This document shows, one piece after another, positions 14,265 through 25,483 of a stretch of 64,000 nt of DNA. A program made the translations under genes and the position numbers. Each line of letters starts with the position of its first letter. The first letter of the stretch is position 1. The notes under the pieces were generated by a model. That model did no database searches and had not been told where the DNA came from. It saw only the letters and a program-made list of their open reading frames with translations. Location: positions 22,443,504 through 22,507,503 of the forward strand of contig OZ037765.1 of assembly GCA_964035545.1 (NCBI GenBank). The letters are read 5' to 3'. Source of the stretch: Bugula neritina (Eukaryota > Animalia > Bryozoa).

Positions 14265-14348
14265 ATCTTAACTTTTTAGTAATATGGGTGTGGGGGCGTG
14301 ATGAAAAAAGCATCACACTCCCACACCAAATTACTAAAAAGTTAGGAT
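14265..14348. repeat. ~84-bp palindrome (fold-back / MITE-like)
   Basis: Arms ATCTTAACTTTTTAGTAATATGGGTGTGGGGGCGTGATG and CATCACACTCCCACACCAAATTACTAAAAAGTTAGGAT around a 7-nt loop. Confidence 0.75.
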
Positions 14349-14942
14349 TATTATAGCTAAAAACTAAAGATATGTAGTGTGTACTAAATTAGGTAAAATG
14401 ACCCATATAATATATTATTAGTAAGTCTTGCAGAAAAATAAATAAATGCAATTACAAAAATTAATCTCAGCCATAAGATACCGGATTCATATCTTTTACC
14501 AAAAGTGTACTACCACAATATGATTGCTTGCCTGTACATAAAATCTTCAGTTCAAATCATCTCAAAACGTCAGCACAAGATGTCCACAAGCCATGACATA
14601 TTAGCTAATACTACAAACATAACAATAATAAATAATTAGGTAGATAACCATTACACCAATTGTGTGCACTAAATGTCAACAAAATATTACGTGTATATAT
14701 TAAACTGACTGCATGTGTGCAAAGACTAATTAAAATCAATAGTTTTGACAAATAATAACAATATAGTTAATATGTATACATATGAGACAACTAGTTTCTA
14801 TATCAGAGTACTAATGAAAATATTATCATCATTATACATGACACTTACTAACTGTAAAGTGGTTAATTTAAAAACATTATTTAATATAAGTTAAATGAGC
14901 ACAATATTTTTTATTTATCATCAATTTATGATTATTATTATA

Positions 14943-15144
14943 CAGTGCTCTCTCCATATCTCACGGATCCATTATTCACAAAATTTTATAGGTTATGAAA
15001 AGAGCTTGGACCCCCGTTTTGTGGCTTATGTATGTGTGTAAAGGGACAAAATTTAACATATCTGTGAATTAAATCTGGTATTCTACTACATCACGAGTTG
15101 AGATTTCTGAACTCGCAGCTCAGTGAGGTACAGAAGGAGCACTG
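14943..15144. mobile_element. Tc1/mariner-superfamily (pogo/Tigger-like) MITE
   Basis: TA flanks at 14941-42 and 15145-46; TIRs CAGTGCTCTCTCCATATCTCAC vs reverse complement CAGTGCTCCTTCTGTACCTCAC. Confidence 0.7.
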
Positions 15145-15189
15145 TAATTAAAAGCATCACATTTACACAAACTTTTCTGTATAACACAA

Positions 15190-16190
15190 ACCTATATTTA
15201 AGTACTAATATAAATATAACTCTAATACTGATCAAGTGTAACTATATGTCACTGTTAAACTAATACTAACAGTATTCGTTAAACTAGAAGTAACGTATAG
15301 TAACACTTATAAAATATTAGTATAAACATAATCATAGAAGACTAAGACATTAAATATCTTAATTTTATGGACTGATAGTGAAATTGATTATCATTATGAT
15401 TGTAAAGCAGAAATAACAAATCGATTTTTTATGGTGATGGTTAAGATGAAATCAATTACTCACTAGTCTTAGGCTAATGCCATTATCAATATCATTATGG
15501 TCTTCATAAATTGATATCAAGATCATCATCATAATCTATCAGCTAAGACTTAGACTAATAATCATGATATTGATTATAATTATTATAATTCTATCAAATT
15601 AAAATTTACAATGAATTATTTTTATTAAATATCAATATGAATATAAACAACTATGATTATGACTATTAGTATCACCATCACTATGCCTATGAGTATGCTT
15701 AAGACTATGATGATGGTCTATCCGTAACACTAAAAGTACCTATGTATAACACTAACAGTAACTGACGAACTCTGAGTATATGATAATAATATTAATAGTC
15801 ATTGTCATATTGAATTTGACACTCCTAGTCCTATCAGTTTCATTATCAATTAAAGTTGCCACAATCGCTGCGATTATCACTATGACCAGCAGACTACTAT
15901 CATAATCATATTGATATTCATAATGATAATGATAATCACCAATCAGTATCACTATCAGTATGAGCATGAGACAGCATCATAATCATTATCAGTATCAGTA
16001 CGAGTATCATTATGAACTATGAGTATGACCATCAGTATCACTTAGTCGTATGTTTATGAGTATCAGTAAAGTGAGTATGACTATCACTATCACTATCACT
16101 ATGAGTTATGACTATGAGACTCAGACTGAGTATCAGTAGGAGTATAGCAGTCGGTCCCGGAGTTTAAGTTTAAATTTAATGTAAGCTGAC
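15190..16190. repeat. Degenerate 6-bp-periodic tract 3 (TMEM65 5' intron)
   Basis: ATCAGT ATCACT ATCAGT ATGAGC ATGAGA; TATGAC TATCAC TATCAC TATCAC TATGAG. Boundaries approximate. Confidence 0.75.
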
Positions 16191-16255
16191 TCAATATGAC
16201 TAGCTGAAATCCTTAATTAAAAGGACTTTGAATCAGCTTCGATACGAAAGCGTGG

Positions 16256-17250
16256 TACCTGTCGATACCTGTCGATGTTATTTCCACACTGGACCTCCCT
16301 AGAGGGAAGAAGGGGTGTGCCTCATATAAAAAACTAAGTTGTCAGTACTTGGACAGTAATCTAAAAAGTGTTAACATTTTTGTACAGATTAACTTAACAG
16401 GCTAACTAGCCTGTCTGTGTGTGATCAGTGCTGATCCTCATATCTCTTATTGTTCTTGGGAGAAAACTATAAAGATACCTATTCTTGTTCGCTCTCACTG
16501 ATCTGGGAAATCCTGCAACCTGAGACCGAGTCTGTACAGTGCTTGTGGTCCGCTGATCTAGAAAATCATCATAGGCAGCACTCAGAGTTGGATGTAGTTC
16601 TTCCTTAGACAATATTTTTAGGAGAAGGCTGATGCGTCGGTTTTTCCTCCTTAGATCAAGCGGCTCTAAACACAGCTTTTTCATCTCTTCCCCAGTATCA
16701 GTTCTTCCTTTGCTGTTAGAGATAAAACGCACAGCACATGTTTGAACATTCTCCATTATATTTATATGATTTTTGCTAGATGGGTCCCAGGCTGCACTGG
16801 CATATTCCAAGTGTGGGAGACAGAGGGCTTTGTAGGCAATAAGCTTTGCTCTCCTGGGGGCCCAGTAGAGTGAACGTTTTATCATACCCAATTGCCGTTT
16901 TGCAACAAGAACCTTTTTTAGGATGTGTTGGTCAAATTTACAGTCTGACTGCAGTGTTACACCAAGGTATTTGGTTGAGTCAACATGATCCAACACTGAT
17001 CCACTGAGCTTGTATCGGGGAGTGTCGGTCTTAGGGTTAAAGCTGATTATCTTGCTCTTGGAGATGTTAAATGACATTCCCCACTTATTCGCCCAAGTAC
17101 TTATTACTAAGAGAGTCCAGGTTGCGCTGAAATCTCTTACAGTCTTCAGATGAGGAAATTTCTTGGTAAACAAGTGTGTCATCGGCAAAAAGAGCACAAG
17201 AGCAGTTGAGACACTCAGGAAGATCATTTATAAAAACTAAAAAAAGTATG
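16256..17250 (-). mobile_element. 5'-truncated non-LTR retrotransposon (LINE, CR1/L2-group-like) ORF2 3' end plus 3' UTR
   Basis: RT motifs FLVFINDLP, LFADDTLVY, WANKWGMSFNISKSK, KYLGVTL, LPHLEYASAAWDP, YSFLPRTIRD across ORFs 17085-17333 and 16406-17227, joined by one ~7-bp insertion near 17100. The 3' UTR has a stem-loop and ends in (ATCGACAGGT)x2. No clear TSD. Confidence 0.9.
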
Positions 17251-17279
17251 AAAAAAAGTGATGAAAATACTACACTAAC

Positions 17280-17560
17280 CCTGGCTATCAAAATGAATAT
17301 CGCTTGTTGAATGAGTGCAAGATTTTTTGTCATTGAAAGGATTGAGAACCGCTAGATGCAGCGCATAGTTTGGGTCACTGAATGTAGTGATTGCGCAGAC
17401 ATCCCTGTCCGAACTCGGAACCCCAAACTTCCAACTCGATACCACCTAACCACTGAACTCAGTAACCACCAACTATGTACTTCTTCAAGCGATTTTCTAA
17501 AGTATTTGACATAGCCTATAATTTAGAAGACACATGAAGCGTAAGAGTCTTTGGGTAGTA
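17280..17560. promoter_or_regulatory. Inferred bidirectional promoter / first-exon region of TMEM65 (-) and TBC1D10 (+)
   Basis: Relatively GC/CpG-richer interval between divergent genes; minus-strand donor AGG|GTTAGT at 17279. Inferred; no transcript data. Confidence 0.4.
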
Positions 17561-17949
17561 GGGGCCGGTATAAGAACGGGTTTTACTAGATAAGCACAAG
17601 AGGAAACAAGTCCATATAAAAAACTGAAACACTTGGGTATAAAATAATATAATAATACTATTTGTTATGATTTAGTTTAAAATCTTGACCTCACTATTGC
17701 TCTGGTGACATTCCATAACTTTATGCTAAATTTTATTTACTATAAAGTTATGACAGTTCGATCAACAAAAAATAGATCATTTATCTATTTCAATTTGTGA
17801 AGCATCAACATGATTCTTTTACTTTTAGTCTTTTGACATCTTCTAACTAATCGTAATATCGATGAAAAGGAACGTTTTATTTGTTGATCGTCAAAGCCAA
17901 AATGACATTTGATCATAATATTATTTCATTATTTATTATGATATCCAGC

Positions 17950-19000
17950 GTTATAATAATTCTAATAAGAATCATTGTAATTATCATGATGACAATCATT
18001 AAATTGACGTCCTAGTAATAATCAGCATCATAATCATAATGATATTAATTGTAATTACTTTTCAATTTTTATTTTAGTTTTACAGCTATAAGTCTTATTG
18101 TATAATTATAATAATATTAATAATGATAATCATGATGATTATGACCCTAGGCGTAAGGCCTAAGGCTAATAGTAATAGTAATAGTAATCACTATTAGTGT
18201 AATCCCTAATCAGTATCACTATCAGTATCACAGGTTAAACTTAATGACTAACACTAACAGGAGGACTAAGAGTAAGTGTAACTTCAAGTCTAATCATAAT
18301 GATAATGATTATCATTATGATTATCAGTACGAGTATGATTATACTAAACGTTGTAGTATAAGAAATGACACCCTGTATCAGTTCTTATATTTATATTGAA
18401 TATGATAATAATGTTGAGACTTTGAGACTAGTCACAACTTCCAAAAGATAAACACCAACAGCGTTCAACAATTAGTATAGTACTAGTAGTAGTAGCAGCA
18501 GCAATAAGCTAAAGCTATTATGAGCTAACTATTAGTGTTACTATAAGTATTAGTATAAGTTAGTATAAGAATACCTATAGTCTATTTACTTTATACGTAA
18601 TTGTATAACTTTACCTAAATTAGGATTAATTGCTATGAGTATGAGTATTACTTTTAGTTATGCTTGTAGTTATTTTTATTTAGCCATTGCCAGCTTTTGT
18701 TATTATTATCAATTAGTATTAATACTATAATTAGTATCATAAATTTACATACAATTACATCATTCTTAAAATTAATAAACAATTTGAATATTATAATTTT
18801 TATTATTGCGTAAGCGTAGTACTAACTGTAAACTTAAACTGTAAAATGGAACTAAATGTTCAACTCAAACGTTTAGTATTTAAAAACTGTCACTATAAGT
18901 ATACACATATACTATGTTTTAGTTTTTATAGCAATGAATACAAGTATAAGCATAGTGATAGTGATCATGATAATTAGTATTACTATAATTATTTTTATAT
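17950..19000. repeat. Degenerate 6-bp-periodic tract 4 (TBC1D10 5' intron)
   Basis: CTAACA CTAACA GGAGGA CTAAGA GTAAGT GTAACT; CTAATC ATAATG ATAATG ATTATC ATTATG ATTATC AGTACG AGTATG. Boundaries approximate. Confidence 0.75.
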
Positions 19001-19776
19001 TTAAACTATTCAACGTATATGTTATTGATAGTTGTGTAGGTCTAAATATATTAGTATGATATGCCTAATTTCATATTTGCAGTTTTTCAAATTAACATGC
19101 TCATTTCCAACTCTAAGATAGGAGACATAAATTTAAATCAAGAAATAACTGAACAAATATAGCAAAATTAATATCACATCTTTTCAATAACTTTCACTTA
19201 TTAAACGAAAGCTGCCAATTTTAAAATACTCTATGCTTAGCTCACTAAATCTAAATACTTTGTGTAAAAAATTAAAGTCATTTAATACCGAGCAACAGAT
19301 TTATGCATGTAGGCTTTGTTAGTTATTTTGCTATGTTTTCATGTGCTCATTATATGCTGCTATACTATTTAGCTTCTTTATCAAATAGGGTGTTGGGTTG
19401 GCATTTAGAGTATTTGTATTTTAATGTTTTACAGAAATCAAAAGCATTTATTCATTCTATATCTTTAAAACTAGATTGTTTGAAAATCCAGAGTTTTAAT
19501 TTTATCTAGTAAGACAATAAATCACATAATAAAGTTCAAAATTCTTTTGATAATTTGTCAAAATTTAATTATGTGAAGGGAAGGTATCTTTTTATTGTTT
19601 TTCCTATTTATTTCTCTAACTCTTACAATAGTTCAGTATGTACTCATTTACCCACAGATTCATTTTTATTGATTTATTTTGTTGGTGTATTTTTTATTTA
19701 ATAATTAAAACAATAATTGCATTCAAATATCTTTTGTAAAGATTAATTCGCTGACTTGGCGAGAGTCTAATCTGTG

Positions 19777-22700
19777 ATGGCCTCTGTCACACAAGAAGCA
19801 GAGCAATGTGAAGAAGGCGATGACGATGTCTTCTATGTTGCTAACAGTGGCACCAACACTAATCACAGCAATACCAATGGTGCTGGGGAGAGAGTCAAGA
19901 CCATCGACAGATATGGTTTTATTATTGGCGCAAACATATCAAGTGCAACTCCAACTACGTATGTGATATGAAAACTAGCAAATGTACTTTGTAGGTTATA
20001 AAATCGCCACTGCTCCTAGCAGTTTGATAAAATCCCTGTTCACGATGTTACAATACTAAAAAAGCAGTATTTTGATATGTATTTTGTCTGGCGTAAATCA
20101 CATATTTACATGGTCACTGTTATAAATGTATGCAGGAATGGAGCTCTGCCACGAATGGTTTACATGAGCCGAGAACGTAAATGGCTAAACATGTTCAGTA
20201 ACTGGGATTATTGGATGAGCAAAAAATTTTTTAAGGTAAAGTTTAAATGCGCATGTGATATAAAATATGTACTAAGATAGAACAGCTGTGATCAAGTGAT
20301 ATGGTAGTATTTAGGTTATATATAGTTTTTTAGGTATAATATAAGCTAATGGAGTGTACGGCTACCCGTTCAAAACTACAACTATCTAGGCAAGAAAGAT
20401 AATAAGCTAATGATGTGTATCCTGTTTACTAGGTAAAAGAGCGCTGCCGTAAAGGTATTCCCGACTCTGTCCGAGCTCAAGCATGGCAGTATTTATCTCG
20501 TTCTACTTACTTTCAAAGGGATGCATCTTCCACCTATCAGGTATAAAGGCTAAACTAAATGTACATATATCTATACTCTCCTTATAATGAAGTTGTTCAC
20601 ACTACAACTCAAAGTAAGCTCTCATTGCATCCACCAAATAGTATGACATAGCTCCTTCCTATTGTGCACAATGCAAGCTATTCACATGAGTTGTGCTACT
20701 AGCAATCATTAAGACTCCCTTCTACTGTTCAATTAGGATCCAGTTCAGCGCATTATACAATGTCCGTCTGTTTTTGATCAGCTCAATGAGTAACATATTG
20801 CATGTTTTGGGTTTGGGTTTGGTTTAGCATGATTTTGAATATTTTGTTGTTGTGAATACAATTTGTAATGAATCAAGTGGTAATGGTGAATGATAATTCT
20901 GGCAATTGGGGTAGTTGTATTGTTTTTATGCCCCACCCTTATAATATGTTGATTGTTAGTAGTTTTACTATTTAAGTGTTGATTGTGTATTTAGATTGTC
21001 ATTCATATTTATTTATTTACAATCTGTCTGACTTTTCTAGATATATTTAAAGCAGCAAATTGATGCTAAAGTTGATACTGAAATTAAAAATGATCTCCAC
21101 CGATCATTTCCTTCTCATTGTATGTTTGCTGATAATGGCGGCGTGGGGTATGTGTCTAGTTTGGCTACATGTAGCTTCCAGTATTGTTGTGACACACCAA
21201 TGTTTTACATTTTTTGTTGTTGACTACCTAATGCATCAGATAGTCAGTTTCAAACCATGAATAAAAATTGATATGAATTGTTCAGACTCGTAATGGCATG
21301 CTTTTTCTGGCAAACTGTTATGTTATATGCTCTAATATATTTGGTTCTTTAATAAATGTTATACTAATTTTCATATTTTATAACGTTTATTGTGGTGCTA
21401 TTTTCATTAGGCTTAATGTGTTTGGCATCATATAAATAGAAATATAGTAGAATATTGCATTGATCCTTTGCGTGTAAAATGATGTATTTATCTTACAAGG
21501 CAGCAGAATCTCTACAATGTACTAAGGGCGTATACAGCGTATAACCCCTCTGAAGGGTATTGTCAAGCACATGCTCCTCTGGTCTCTGTGCTACTCATGC
21601 ATATGGCTGAGGAACAAGCTTTCTGGTGTCTGGTAGCCATGTTGGACAACTACCTCAAAGGTTATTATGGAGGTCAACTGGTAAGCTTTATTCCAGGTTG
21701 TAAAAATTGATAGGAATGTTTTCTATATTCCCACTTTAATGAGCTTCATATAGTAATATTATATCAAATATCAATAAAGTCGTACTTCTCTATGATTCCT
21801 ATGATTCAATATTCTTATCAGTTTGGAGTACAGAATCCTTCTACTCTTATAGCTGTAACTTTGCAACTGTAATTTCTATAATGACTAATTTATTACTAAT
21901 ACTTTTTCCTTGCTATGCCCTCCCTCCAGAGTCGCAGTGTATCTTCAACTATCTTTACAATGACACACTGTGTTAGTCCTCTTAGTTAGTGTCCTGCTTT
22001 GCAAAGTGTGCAGGAAGCATGAACACTGATGAGTCATGGCACCATGACCTAAACTATGATTTACAATAAAATCACATCAGCTATGCTTTCATATCAGCAC
22101 ATATATCATCAAATGATTCATAGCTAGGCTTTGAAATTCTTGCTTTTACTATCTTTTAGATTTATAATTTTTGAAATATTTTATCGCAAAATGACTTGTT
22201 ATGTTACTTTTAGTTAACTGATAGCAAATATGTTTGTCTTTGTGGGTTTCTATTCACATCTCAAGGTTTAGTCACTTGTCAAACATGTCTCAGTAAGTCT
22301 GCATTTTGCACTAATATTTCATTACATTGAAACTGTGTTTGATAGGAAGAAGTCGGGAATGATGGCGCAACGCTACTTAATCTTTTGCATATCATTCATC
22401 CCAAGCTGCACAAGCGTATGGTAGGTTTTTTCACTTGCATGTCACAAATAAATTATTCCTACAAGAATTGCAATGTAAAATAAATTGTGAAAGTTATTTT
22501 GGTGATATTTTTAAAAAGCTCATAAGATGCAAAGTATAATAGTAGTAGAATCTGAATTTTGTGTGATGCCTTTAGTTAGCAGCCAACATTGATGCCCCGC
22601 TGTTTATGGTGGAGTGGTTCATGTGTTTATTTGCAAGAGATCTACCTTGGCCAAGTGTCCTTAGAATCTGGGATATTTTCTTCTGTGAAGGTTAGTTCTG

Positions 22701-24163
22701 TCTTTCTTTCCTTTCTTATTTTTTATTCATGTTTTAGCTGTTTTTTCTTTATTATAGTATTTCTACCACTTTGCACTTTCTTATGGCGTTAAAGAGTTTC
22801 CTTTTTTCTGAATAAATCACGTTTAAAGATATGCATACTAGAAGAAGCTCTATGATATGGCAAGCAAATATGCATTATTTAAGGTTAAATTATGTCATAG
22901 TTTTATCTTCTTTCATCACAAATCTACTTTTCAGTTTACCAAAAACACTGTTGAGTAAAATCAGTGAGTCTTAAGCTTTCTAGTGACAAAAAAAAGGTGC
23001 AAGTGGCAAAATCACGTTATGCTGAACTACTAAGTGTGCCGTTCATTAACCTACAAAATTGCGTTTAGTTTACCAAAAGATTGTATACTATATAGTGTAT
23101 AGTAGTGATTTTATCGCTGGTTATTTATGACATACATTTCCATTTGGTGCTCTAATCAGCTCTAGGTGCATTGGCGTTCCATGTTTTCCATGATGCATTG
23201 CTTTCCCTATGCATCCTGGAAATAGCCAAATAAGCATTTATTTCATATTCACATTCGTACTTCAGTAGCTTTCTAAACTGGTTCTGATGCAAAAGATAAA
23301 AATGGTTTTGTAGGAAGGATAACTCTTACAAGCTGCATAATGCATGTTCAGCTAATTTAAAGTGTGGGAAGTTCTTGTATATGAAGAATCACATTTCAAC
23401 AGCTGCTGAGCTTCACATATACATGATTTACATGTTGAACTACATGTAGGTGTGAAGATACTGTTCCGGGTTGCTCTGGTGTTGCTGAGACACTGCACGG
23501 CACATCTGTCCAAGATTCCTCGCGAGCTGTATGAACTGCTCAGCTGCCTGAAGATTAAAAACATGCCTCGGGAAATTCTCCAGGCGGACTTTCTCATCAC
23601 TGAGGTACAACACTTGTATTGTATACTGGCTGAATGCTAGTCTCGACTTGCACTAGTTTGATAAATGTTATAATACGGTCAGTGTAGGTGTCCATTGAGG
23701 TCTAGTGTATGTTTGACAATTAAGTTGTATAAAATTTCAAATGTGTACAAATATTTGAAACAGTTATAAAAACTCACAAAAGTTTATAGTCACTATACCT
23801 GTGAGAAACCCCTGATGGAAAGGTTTTTTAAGCGAGCTGAAGACTTATTCCTATGTGGCACAGGACAAATTATGACTAGATGCTCTTCCTAACATCACCA
23901 ATGAATGGCCTTTACTGGGGTTCGAACCCATGACTTCGTGTTCACTAAGCAATGCGCTCTAACCCCTAGGCCACAGCTGCTCCCTAGATTTGAAACAACG
24001 ATTTAAGTGGAGAATTATAAAAGTTCTGTCAATATTTTTTGATTGTTATACTTTTTAGGCTTTCAAGTTACCAATAAAAGACTCCGACATGTCGAGAGAA
24101 CATAAAAAAGTAGTTAGACAGAAGATTAAGAAGTCAAAAAGTGCTCAAAACTCTCAAACTTGA
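19777..24163 (+). CDS. TBC1D10A: TBC1 domain family member 10-like Rab GTPase-activating protein (EPI64 family), about 375 aa, 9 coding exons
   Basis: Exons 19777-19958, 20136-20235, 20433-20540, 21041-21147, 21500-21680, 22346-22420, 22576-22690, 23450-23604, 24059-24163. Motifs [31 protein letters not shown], Arg finger IKNDLHR, Gln finger [23 protein letters not shown]. The A/B/C paralogue label is not resolvable. Confidence 0.92.
23763..23984 (-). mobile_element. tRNA-derived SINE in the last TBC1D10 intron
   Basis: Minus strand starts GGGAGCAGCTG; A-box TGGCCTAGGGG, B-box GGTTCGAACCC, then a non-tRNA body. Candidate TSD ATTTGAAACA at 23753-23762 and 23988-23997. Confidence 0.8.
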
Positions 24164-25483
24164 TATCTCATCAACTTGATGCTAGTTTAATGCCAATTGT
24201 CTGTTTTTCTTTTATTGTAATCTAACAATCATCTCTAATACTTTTTAATGAAAAATGTGGACAATTTTGCAAAAACTGGTTTCCTGTGATAAGAATAACA
24301 TTTGTGCTCTAAATTTATGCAATCTGAATGAAATAGTACATTACATACACTCTGTTTTATGTACATCAGTACATGGTCTGTTGATGGCTAGTCAGATTTA
24401 ACTTCCTATCTTTTTTATACTCGGCTCACTCTACGATAGTTATATTTTATGGTTACTTTTGCTAACATACTGTTGGCTTATGGTGCTGTTTCTATCACAT
24501 TTAATATATTTTCGTCTAATGTTTTTAGACTGTTATTGTTAACATTTAGCTAGGAGATACTGGGCATGGCCGTGAATTAATGTTACATCTAATTTATAGG
24601 CACAGTGTTTTTCTCTTAAGTTTACAATCATGTTGTAGAATCAACAGCTGTTGATTGAACGTCACAAATTATTATCTATAATAATATGTTATTTATTCAG
24701 TTTTTCCGAATAGCATAATATTTTACATCACTGTCAACATTTTATTTGAAATTATGCACAATTTTATGCAGGAATCTTAAGTGTTTCGTATTGTAATTAT
24801 TGCGTTGGTACATTATGCTGTAATAACATTTCATATTATAATTATATATTCTCTGAGGAACAATAAAATAATCTATGCACTCAGTTATGAAACTACAAAC
24901 TAGTTGTGCATTACAATAATCTACTCCCCGCCCCATAGTATGAGGCCCATACTTTTGCTTACGTCACGAAATGGTGGGGGTAAGCTAATGATTAGCATAA
25001 ATATATTATTAATTATGCTTGCAGCTAATTGATAAAAGCTTGAAAATAGTATTCCTTTATTTCTAGAACTCTGTTATAAGGGAAGATTATCATACTAGTT
25101 AATATATTATAGCTTATCAGTGGTGGAACATATGAATTTTATATATAAAATATACTGTTTTGCAAGAGTTTTAAGAACTGACTAGTAGTTACTTTAACTT
25201 TATTACAGATTACATAACTGGGGCATTACTTGTTGGCACATGTTCTATAGCTCCTGATAATATAATATACTGTGTATCAAAGTAATGTGATACACAGTGA
25301 ATAGATAATAACATGAATCATAGTGTATCTTTACTGATTGCAGCCAGATGACAGTTGACAGGCATCGTCTTGACAAGCTGCCAACTAATTCAGTGCCTGG
25401 CTAGTTTCAAGTGGGGCAGCAGCAAGTTTACTAGCTGCATTTAGATAAATCTTTATAAGCCCCTTAGTTGTATTTAGGGAGCA

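Noticed and set aside
15752-15967. ORF MLILIVILIG... that looks like a membrane protein
   Set aside because: Translation artefact of periodic tract 3.
16256-16275. Tandem duplicated splice donor for TMEM65 exon 1
   Set aside because: Better explained as the tandem-repeat 3' terminus of the LINE.
23905-23984. Possible tRNA gene
   Set aside because: No good acceptor stem; it continues into a SINE body with a candidate TSD.
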